This document shows positions 8,097 to 15,412 of a DNA stretch of 15,412 nt, piece after piece. The notes beneath the pieces were generated by a model. It saw nothing but the letters and a program-made list of their open reading frames with translations, was not told the origin of the DNA and made no database searches. This stretch comes from Methanobacteriaceae archaeon (GTDB lineage Archaea; Methanobacteriota; Methanobacteria; Methanobacteriales; Methanobacteriaceae). The DNA lies in NCBI GenBank assembly GCA_003558085.1, contig PWMT01000115.1, positions 1 to 15,412 on the forward strand, read 5' to 3'. Made by a program: the position numbers and the translations under genes. How positions within the stretch are numbered: position 1 is the stretch's first letter; each line of letters begins with the position of its first letter.

Positions 8097-10028
8097 ATGT
8101 TACAAAATGCTAAAATAGATAATTATCCTGGAAATATCAGAGATTTAAATCAGAGGATATTGAAAGCTGCCCTGAAATCTAATGATTTGAAGAATTTTTT
8201 AGATGAAATAGTAATTATAGGGGCAGAAAATACTGAGGCCAAATCCTGTGACATATTTTTATTAGAAGAATCAAAGGATGGAAATCAAAAGCTAAGATTG
8301 TATTCCACTTCCCGGGAGATAGATCAAAAATATAAAGACGCAGAATATTATATACCCCAACGTAAACCCTTCCAGAAAAAAGGAGAAGGTAAACGAAAGG
8401 TAATGGATTATCTTAGCAAATATCTCCTTCAAAAACTAAATTATACTCCTGCTGAACTGGAAAAATATAAGGAAGAATTAAAAAAAGAAGATAAGAATTT
8501 ATTGAATATAATCTGGGAGAAAGGAAAATCATTAATAGATATCGTGGAGGAAATGGGAGATGATCTACCAGATTTAGTGGAAAAAGGGGAATTACCTATG
8601 GGTTTAACCGCCTATACCGTTAAAACTAACCAAGCCACCCCACCCTTAAATGGTTCCCAGATATGGGAACATCCAGAATGGCGTGGGAGTTACTGGGACC
8701 TCCATGAAATCAGCACTTCCCTTATTCAGGTCCCTTTACAAAAAAAATCTAATGGAAAAGTAGTGGGCATGATCAAAATTGAAAACCACTTATCCAGCAC
8801 CCCGGTTAGTAAATTAAATGCTACCCATGAATCTCAAGTATATTGTTTTACTGATTATCATAAAGAAATCTTAACCACCTTAGCAGATAGTATCATCATT
8901 GCCATACGTAAAATCCTCTATGCTTATGATACCTACAAGAAGATATATGGAACAAAGATCCTAAAAAAAATCAATGAATTAGAAGTAATAAGTCCAGAAG
9001 ACAATGTCAAATTATATGACAAGTTAAAAGAGTTTTATAGTAAACTGGATATAGAAATCGAAGATATTAGCGGAATTAATAGAATATATAATAAGGTTAC
9101 TAAGTTAGTAAATGATATTGCCCAAGTTTTAAATCTTTATGGTACCTTAGATTTAATTGATAATATTGGACCAGCTTTCGAACCACTATTAGGTACGGAT
9201 ATTAAGTATAGGGAGCATTTCATCCATCAATTTCAGGTATTTTTATTAGGTTACTATTTGATCAATAAAGAACCAAAACTCTACCAGAACTTATTAAATT
9301 ATTTACAGAAGATTAATCCTGATTATCAAATGGAAGATGTGTTAAAACTATGGTTCATCACCGCCATGTTCCATGATTTCAGTTACTCTGTGGCTAAAAT
9401 GGAAGGTTGGCTAGAAAATTACTTTTCAAGATTCTCCTTCCCCACCCAATTCCATATCAATTGGAATGCAATATACACTCACTATGAGATAGAGAAGATT
9501 AATCTAGTAGAATTAATTTCCTCAAATTCAGATAAAACTAAATATGAAATATCTAATATCATAAAAGATGCTTTTATAGAGGAAAATGATCATGGAATTT
9601 TAAGTGGATTAATGTTGATGAAGAATGTAGAAGGTATTGATGAGATCCTAGTCAGAGAGGCGGGTTGTGCTATTTCCATGCATACTGAAACTGTTTATGA
9701 ACAATTAGGAAAATTGCATCTCAATCAATTCCCCTTTGCCTTTTTATTAGTATTCTGTGATAATGTTCAAGAATGGGGTCGTCCAGTGATGATGAACCTG
9801 ATTCCCCATTTAAATGTTAAACTGGAAGATATCCTCACCTATAAGGATACTATAGAAATAAAACTTATATATCAAAAGCTCACCTCTGAACAGAAGAGGA
9901 TAATTGAAACTAATATAGCGCCTATCACTAAATACTGGCACTCCAATTCCAACCTAAAATTTAATATTAAACTTTATGAAGATAGTGAACAAGAACCATT
10001 CCGACAATATCTATTTCCCTATCTCTAA
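8097..10028 (+). CDS. GAF-domain sensor fused to a C-terminal HD-superfamily metal-dependent phosphohydrolase-like domain
   Basis: GAF elements in aa about 30-272: SCDIFLL, LRLYSTS, GLTAYTVKTNQ, SLIQVPL, GKVVGMIKIEN, FTDYHKEILTTLA. HD-type motifs: YREHFIH (371-377), FHD (H426-D427), DHG (498-500), AISMH (H529), LLVFCDNVQEWGR (D555). GAGG RBS upstream. Confidence 0.75.
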   Translation: MLQNAKIDNYPGNIRDLNQRILKAALKSNDLKNFLDEIVIIGAENTEAKSCDIFLLEESKDGNQKLRLYSTSREIDQKYKDAEYYIPQRKPFQKKGEGKRKVMDYLSKYLLQKLNYTPAELEKYKEELKKEDKNLLNIIWEKGKSLIDIVEEMGDDLPDLVEKGELPMGLTAYTVKTNQATPPLNGSQIWEHPEWRGSYWDLHEISTSLIQVPLQKKSNGKVVGMIKIENHLSSTPVSKLNATHESQVYCFTDYHKEILTTLADSIIIAIRKILYAYDTYKKIYGTKILKKINELEVISPEDNVKLYDKLKEFYSKLDIEIEDISGINRIYNKVTKLVNDIAQVLNLYGTLDLIDNIGPAFEPLLGTDIKYREHFIHQFQVFLLGYYLINKEPKLYQNLLNYLQKINPDYQMEDVLKLWFITAMFHDFSYSVAKMEGWLENYFSRFSFPTQFHINWNAIYTHYEIEKINLVELISSNSDKTKYEISNIIKDAFIEENDHGILSGLMLMKNVEGIDEILVREAGCAISMHTETVYEQLGKLHLNQFPFAFLLVFCDNVQEWGRPVMMNLIPHLNVKLEDILTYKDTIEIKLIYQKLTSEQKRIIETNIAPITKYWHSNSNLKFNIKLYEDSEQEPFRQYLFPYL

Positions 10029-10139
10029 ATCAATCCATCCTAGATTTTAATTATTCTAAAAAAAAAAGTTAAAGTTAAAAATTTTATTTTAAAGACTAAA
10101 TAATTCCTTAGAGCGTATTAAACCTGTTTATATCTATAT

Positions 10140-10158
10140 AAGAAAAAAATAAAAAAAA
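10140..10158 (-). terminator. Oligo-T tracts on the minus strand, putative rubrerythrin terminator
   Basis: Two A7 runs on the plus strand immediately past the rbr stop codon, and a further A10 run near 10058-10067. Confidence 0.35.
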
Positions 10159-10168
10159 TTTAGATTAA

Positions 10169-10747
10169 TTAATATTCTTCGCATAAAATTTGGAAATACT
10201 TAGTGGGATGATCACATGAAGGACATTCTTCTGGTGGTTCCCGGCCTACATGTACATATCCACATTTTCTGCAGAGCCAGTTTACCTCTTCATCCTTTTT
10301 AAATACACTACCAGCTTCCACTTCTTTTAAAATTCTTTTAAATCTGGCTTCATGATGTTCTTCTACTTCCCCAATTGCTCTTAATCTTTTAGCTACATCA
10401 TTTAAACCTTCTTCTTCAGCTACCTTAGCAAATTCAGGATACATTTGAGTATGCTCGTATTTTTCACCACCAATGGTTGCTTTAAGATTTTCTACAGTAT
10501 CTCCCAGAGTTGTAGGTGCATCTGCAGTAACAACAATTTCTTCAGGTTCCCCATTTTCTTTTAAATCATTTATCATGCGCATGGACCATTTAGCATGTTC
10601 TCTTTCATTTTCTGCAGTGTTTAAAAAGATTTCAGAAAGCTGTTCATATCCCTCTTTCTTGGCAACCTTTGCATATAAGGTGTATCTATTTCTGGCCTGA
10701 CTTTCACCAATAAAAGCTTTGGCTAAATTTTCTAATGTCTTTTGCAT
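10169..10747 (-). CDS. rbr: Rubrerythrin (ferritin-like di-iron domain plus C-terminal rubredoxin-like domain)
   Basis: GESQARNRY, ENEREHAK, GEKYE..MY, VEEHHE and WLCRKCGY...CPSC motifs. Start moved to the ATG at 10747 because a GGTGA RBS lies at 10753-10757. Confidence 0.95.
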   Translation of the reverse strand: MQKTLENLAKAFIGESQARNRYTLYAKVAKKEGYEQLSEIFLNTAENEREHAKWSMRMINDLKENGEPEEIVVTADAPTTLGDTVENLKATIGGEKYEHTQMYPEFAKVAEEEGLNDVAKRLRAIGEVEEHHEARFKRILKEVEAGSVFKKDEEVNWLCRKCGYVHVGREPPEECPSCDHPTKYFQILCEEY

Positions 10748-11517
10748 ATTATTCACCAATACTATTTATATCCTCCATCATTATAGTATTTTAGTATTTT
10801 AATTACCAAACATTCTAAAAACATAGATTAAGAGTACATAGATATTTAAATCAGCCTAAAATAGGTTTATTATCTGTAATATAAATAAAACATATTAATC
10901 AGATCTAAAATTTTCATTAATCAATGTAAACAGTTGATTATTTTTCAGTTTTATCTTATATTTAGTTTATATGAGCTTTTATTCTAGATCGGTATAATTT
11001 TCCACCAGATTGATTGACTGTATTATAGTTAGTTTATAATCCATGAACATCTTTTTAGTAGTAAAAAAAAATAGTTGCATTAATTTTTAATTTTATAATG
11101 AATACCCATACTAAAATTTAGTAATGCTAATTTTATAATTCAACTTCATTTAAACCTGAATTGTTTACCCTTATGGTCGTTATAATTTTAAGGTTTCTCA
11201 ATATTTCGCATAGAAAATTAAATATTCATTACATTTAGTATCATCAAATAATATTTTTATTAAAGTAAAAATAATACCTTTTTTTCCTCCTCAATTAATC
11301 TACTATTAAATTTTTATTAATCTATTAATGAGTGAGGTTTATATAAAAAAATAGGGGTAATTAATATGTTCAAATCAAGAAATAAGGGAAAGATTTTTTA
11401 GAACTTTTGTTTTGAATTTAATTACTTTATTATCTGAAAAATAAAAATATATATTGGAGTTTAAAGTATCTTTATAAAGTTAAATAAATATATTAAGTGT
11501 AATATTTAGGTGTAGAA

Positions 11518-13002
11518 ATGCATAGGGCATTGAATTTTACTAGAAGGGAATTGTATTCTATTTTCCATTATACAGGTTGGGTGCTAATCTTTTTAGGAAT
11601 CGCCTTATTTATACCAATAATTATAGCTTTAATTTATGCTGAAATGGAATATCTTGCCCCATTTTTATTTACTAGTCTTATAAGCATCTCAGGTGGCTAT
11701 TTACTATACAAAAAATTCCAGGATAAAAAAGAAATATCTCTAAAGGCAGCTATGGTTTTTTCAGCAGGAATATGGTTACTAGTTAGCTTTTTAGGTGCTC
11801 TTCCCTTTTATTTATGTGGTGAATTATCCTTTTTAGATTCTTATTTTGAATCAATATCTGGTTTTACCACTACTGGGTTTTCCATGATATTAGATTTAGA
11901 GAGTATAGGCTATTCTCTCAATTTTTGGAGGGCTTTAACCCAGTGGTTAGGGGGTATTGGTATTATCGTTCTTCTTATATCCGTACTGTCCTTTCCTTCA
12001 GTAAATATCGTGCGTATGTACCGGGCTGAAGCCCGAGAAGAGAAGATAGTGCCTAGCATTAGACACACCGCCCGAATTATCTTCTATATTTATTTTAGTT
12101 TTACAATTTTCGCCTTTTTACTATATTTTTTAGCAGGAATGCCCCTTTATGATTCTTTATTTCATGCTTTAACTACATTATCCACTGGCGGTTTTAGTAT
12201 GTATAATGATAGTTTAGCTCACTACAATAATTTGGGTATTGAATTAGCAGCCATGGTCATCATGTTGATTGGTTCTACCAACTACGTTTTACATTATACC
12301 GTCTTAAAAGGTAAGTGGAAGGAATATTTTAAGGATATAGAAACAAAAATGCTTTTCTTACTCTTAATTTTAACTATTATACTAATAACACTAATGCTAT
12401 ATGTAACCGGTAGTTATGGGGGCAATTTAGCATTGATAACTAGATATTCCTTTTTTCAATCTGTATCTGCTATTAGCACCACCGGACTTCAAACTGCAGC
12501 TGTTAATGATATTTTAACTCAATGGGTAGGACTTGGAACATTTCTAATAACATTGCTTATGATCATTGGAGCGGGTTCCTATTCAACTGGGGGGGGGATA
12601 AAATGGATCAGAATAGCTTTATCCCTTAAAAATGTTTGGTGGGAGATAAGGAATTTATTATTACCCAGTAAAGCTATTACTACCCGTAAAATTCACCATG
12701 TTAAGGATATTAATATAACTGATGACTTTTTAAGATCTGTAAGCATCTTCATTTTTGTCTATATATCAATTTACATTATAAGTGTGATATTGGTAATGCT
12801 ATTTTACCATAACATACCCATGGTTATATTTGAGGTTGCATCAGCTCTAGGTAATGTAGGTTTAAGCTCTGGTTTAATGACTCCAAATTCCCCTGCTATA
12901 GTCAAGATAATATTCATGATCAACTTCTGGATAGGAAGGCTAGAAATATGGTCTGTGCTACTATTCTTGTCTATACTATTTAGGAACATTATCAGAAAAT
13001 AA
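11518..13002 (+). CDS. trkH: TrkH family potassium uptake membrane protein
   Basis: Four pore-loop motifs (LGALPF region, SGFTTTGFS, TLSTGGFS, SAISTTGLQ, SALGNVGLS), plus QWLGGIGII, STGGGIK and IGRLEI. AGGTG RBS upstream. Confidence 0.95.
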   Translation: MHRALNFTRRELYSIFHYTGWVLIFLGIALFIPIIIALIYAEMEYLAPFLFTSLISISGGYLLYKKFQDKKEISLKAAMVFSAGIWLLVSFLGALPFYLCGELSFLDSYFESISGFTTTGFSMILDLESIGYSLNFWRALTQWLGGIGIIVLLISVLSFPSVNIVRMYRAEAREEKIVPSIRHTARIIFYIYFSFTIFAFLLYFLAGMPLYDSLFHALTTLSTGGFSMYNDSLAHYNNLGIELAAMVIMLIGSTNYVLHYTVLKGKWKEYFKDIETKMLFLLLILTIILITLMLYVTGSYGGNLALITRYSFFQSVSAISTTGLQTAAVNDILTQWVGLGTFLITLLMIIGAGSYSTGGGIKWIRIALSLKNVWWEIRNLLLPSKAITTRKIHHVKDINITDDFLRSVSIFIFVYISIYIISVILVMLFYHNIPMVIFEVASALGNVGLSSGLMTPNSPAIVKIIFMINFWIGRLEIWSVLLFLSILFRNIIRK

Positions 13003-13593
13003 AGTAATACATGATAATAATTACAATAATATATTATCCTTTTCTCATTAGCAGATATTATCAAAATTTAATTATTCCACTTTATGTAATCTAATCCAAC
13101 TTCTTTTAACAATTTTATTGTATACCTGATATCGTTATATTTTAGATTTACTCAATATTGGAGATTGAAAATTAATCTTCAAAATTATATTATCATGGTA
13201 AATATTAATTTTTAAGTAAAATTTTAAAAAAGAAAATTTTTAGTAGATTAAGATAAAGTTATCCTATTATGTTGAATAATAACTCTATTTTATCGGTTTA
13301 CTATGGCCCATTTAGTTTAAATTCACTAATTTCTCTGATTTTTAATTAAAAATATTGTGAACTTCGTTTAACCCTGATATAACGAAGATAATTATTAGAA
13401 TCTTTTTCCATGAAAATTGAATTCCATTTTTTTACTTATGTACTTACAATTTTACAGTAACCGCAGTTAACTATGGCAAGTATACTTATATGACTACTTG
13501 GGTTGAAATAAAGTTGAAGTTTTATAATTATTTGTATCGCCTAAATTTTTACTTAGAGAAGTTTATTATTGATTGAAGTTAAAAGAAAAAAAA

Positions 13594-13623
13594 ATGTAAA
13601 ATATTTTCATGTAAAATATTTTC
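13594..13623. repeat. Perfect 15-bp tandem direct repeat (ATGTAAAATATTTTC x2)
   Basis: Copies at 13594-13608 and 13609-13623, each containing the palindrome AAAATATTTT. Confidence 0.75.
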
Positions 13624-13858
13624 TAAAAGCAATATTGTTTTTCAATGACAACATTGCCTTCAAGTGTAAAAGTTACACTTTATATCCTAAACTAAATCAG
13701 GGTTTGAACAACACCTGGAAAAAGTATGGTTCTACAAGTATAGTAATAAATCCATACGAATATTCTATACTTTAATTTGTATCTCAGTGGCAAGTAGGCA
13801 GAATTAATAAATTAATAAAAATAAAATACACTAATAAATATATATGGAAGTAATAACC

Positions 13859-14323
13859 ATGAAAAGGACGATTATTTTTGTATTATTATTATTTACAAGT
13901 CTTTTACTAATATCTGGATGTATTGATGATTCAGATGTTCCAACCAACCCCACAGAAGATGAATATATAGAATATAGGATTAATACACTATTTGCAGAAG
14001 TTACGGAAATAAGCTTGAATGCTCAAAATGATTATGATGATTTTTCCCAGGGCATCATTAGTACTAATCAGTTTATTGAAAACGAAGAAGAGCGTATAAG
14101 TAAACTTGAAGAAATTATCACTGCCCTGAAAGATATGAGAGCACCAGAAGGCTACCAAGAATCACATAATTATTATATACAATCACTAGAATACATGATT
14201 AAAAGCTATGAATACCATATAGATTTCATTAAAACAAATAACCCAGTTAGTGATGCTAAATCAAAAGAATATGATGAATTATCTATCGAGTATACTCGTA
14301 AAATGGCAGAAACCACACCTTAA
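13859..14323 (+). CDS. Hypothetical secreted or lipoprotein-like acidic helical protein
   Basis: MKRTIIFVLLLFTSLLLISGC has a basic n-region, a hydrophobic h-region and a lipobox-like ISGC. The ATG at 13859 gives a canonical signal peptide; the alternative start is 13844. Confidence 0.7.
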   Translation: MKRTIIFVLLLFTSLLLISGCIDDSDVPTNPTEDEYIEYRINTLFAEVTEISLNAQNDYDDFSQGIISTNQFIENEEERISKLEEIITALKDMRAPEGYQESHNYYIQSLEYMIKSYEYHIDFIKTNNPVSDAKSKEYDELSIEYTRKMAETTP

Positions 14324-14435
14324 CTTGTGTTAAACTATTTATTATGAAAAAAATATCAATGTATCGATAAGTAAATAACCACTATATCAAAAAAATTAAA
14401 CCTCGACAGTTTCCATCCTTTCAATAAATTTATAT

Positions 14436-14954
14436 TTACTCTGCAGTTTTATTTTCAATTATTTTCTCTTCAAGTTCTTTTAGAAATTTTTTGGGCTTTT
14501 TAGGAGATATAAATAGATTACCACCGTAAATTGATGCTTCATCTGCTTCTATGATTACCCCCTCCCTGCTCGTGAATATAGCGTAAAATTTTCCGATTTC
14601 TCCATGTGAATAACGGCCTCCCATCAGGGATATTCCCAATCTTCTAATGGTTGTATATGGAAGTTTATAGGGTTTAAAAGCATTAATTTTACCTAATTCA
14701 ATATTTTTTGTTCCAAAAAGCCATCTCGCCTTAAGCTTTTGATCTGTTAATTCATATCTAATTTGATAGCCGCTATAGAGGAGGATTGCCAAGCTTAATG
14801 CTATTACTAAAAAGATTATTGGAAGTAGGATTACTTGCTCGGTTAAAAATATGTAAAGGGCTATAACTAAAAATAGAGTTATCAAACCACCATACAAAGC
14901 TTGAAAAAGTCTAGATACTTTTGCTTTAAATATTTTCACTGTTATTATTAACAC
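14436..14954 (-). CDS. Membrane protein with two TM helices and a prokaryotic PH-like (bPH) domain
   Basis: Two N-terminal hydrophobic helices, then YELTDQKLKARWLFGTKNIELGKI, GRYSHGEIG and LFISPKKPKKFLKEL, a pattern typical of bPH-type proteins. Start uncertain (GTG 14954 or GTG 14939). Confidence 0.7.
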   Translation of the reverse strand: MLIITVKIFKAKVSRLFQALYGGLITLFLVIALYIFLTEQVILLPIIFLVIALSLAILLYSGYQIRYELTDQKLKARWLFGTKNIELGKINAFKPYKLPYTTIRRLGISLMGGRYSHGEIGKFYAIFTSREGVIIEADEASIYGGNLFISPKKPKKFLKELEEKIIENKTAE

Positions 14955-15097
14955 CCAGACTGGTAATGGATTAATTTTATTAAATATTAAAAATTTAGAA
15001 AAGCAGCAAAATAATTAAAGAATTTGATAGAATCATTTAAGAAGTGTTGATCAATATATCTAAAATCATCTTTGTTGCTATCAATATAGGCTTTTAT

Positions 15098-15304
15098 TTA
15101 GTCAATGGATATGCATTCCCAAGTTTCAGCTTCAGTATCTATTGTGGCGTATAGTTCTCGGTCCGGATCTTTAACTAGGTCTTCACATGTGAATTTAAGA
15201 TCTGCTGCTTTTTTAACCGGATACATTCTACCTCTTGCACTTTTAACTACAATATCACCCTCTCGGGTTATACCCACTACTAGTTGTTTGATTTCTTTTG
15301 CCAT
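15098..15304 (-). CDS. Small hypothetical protein (68 aa, MAKEIKQLVVGITREG...)
   Basis: Clean ORF with protein-like composition. The ATG at 15304 is preceded by a well-spaced AGGTGG RBS, so it is preferred over the GTG at 15316. Confidence 0.75.
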   Translation of the reverse strand: MAKEIKQLVVGITREGDIVVKSARGRMYPVKKAADLKFTCEDLVKDPDRELYATIDTEAETWECISID

Positions 15305-15405
15305 AATTAATTCCACCTAACAATTTTTTATTTACTGTATAAGTTAATAAAAAATTGTTAGGTGGAATTAATTATGGCAAAAGAAATCAAACAACTAGTA
15401 GTGGG
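15273..15405. repeat. Long perfect inverted repeat with 60-bp arms and a 13-nt loop
   Basis: 15273-15332 is the exact reverse complement of 15346-15405. The loop is TACTGTATAAGTT (15333-15345). Confidence 0.95.
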
Positions 15406-15412
15406 AAAAGAG

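Noticed and set aside
7091-10028. MBL hydrolase plus GAF-HD protein as a two-gene operon or defence system
   Set aside because: They are co-directional but about 290 bp apart with TATA-like sequences between them, and the MBL looks like a generic glyoxalase II-like type. Linkage cannot be supported without neighbourhood conservation data.
10473-10700. 75-aa plus-strand ORF
   Set aside because: Antisense within rubrerythrin.
10749-10781. 10-codon upstream ORF (MMEDINSIGE) ending 1 nt before the rbr start
   Set aside because: It has no RBS and overlaps a likely TATA box (TATAAATA) and the rbr RBS, so it is probably chance.
12804-13064. 86-aa minus-strand ORF
   Set aside because: Mostly antisense to the trkH 3' end.
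13659-13669. Single mini-ORB-like 11-mer (TTACACTTGAA on the minus strand)
   Set aside because: One isolated copy with no initiator gene nearby; better explained as half of the local inverted repeat.
13569-13775. 68-aa plus-strand ORF
   Set aside because: TTG start without an RBS, runs through A-tracts and the tandem duplication, and its composition reflects AT-rich non-coding DNA.
15105-15320. 71-aa plus-strand ORF
   Set aside because: Antisense shadow of the 68-aa gene, which has the clear RBS.

Overview
AT-rich archaeal DNA, most likely from a Methanobacteriaceae methanogen (inferred from the archaeal-type PEP carboxylase, stand-alone ATP-cone protein, rubrerythrin and GGTGA/AGGAG ribosome-binding sites). 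It holds about 13 unlinked genes: two tandem membrane-protein paralogues (the upstream one frameshifted), an ATP-cone protein, ppcA, a TIGR00341/DUF389 membrane protein, YbaN/DUF454, an MBL-fold hydrolase, a 643-aa GAF + HD-type phosphohydrolase fusion, rubrerythrin, TrkH, a lipoprotein-like protein, a PH-domain membrane protein and a small hypothetical protein. Three intergenic gaps are unusually long (about 770-870 bp). The most notable items are the GAF-HD one-component protein, a degenerate 60-bp-period tandem array at the left edge, a perfect 60-bp-arm inverted repeat at the right edge (possibly a fold-back artefact), and the frameshift hidden by the ORF track. No rRNA, tRNA, transposase, integrase or cas gene was recognised. 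All family assignments are from motif recognition by eye; no searches were run.
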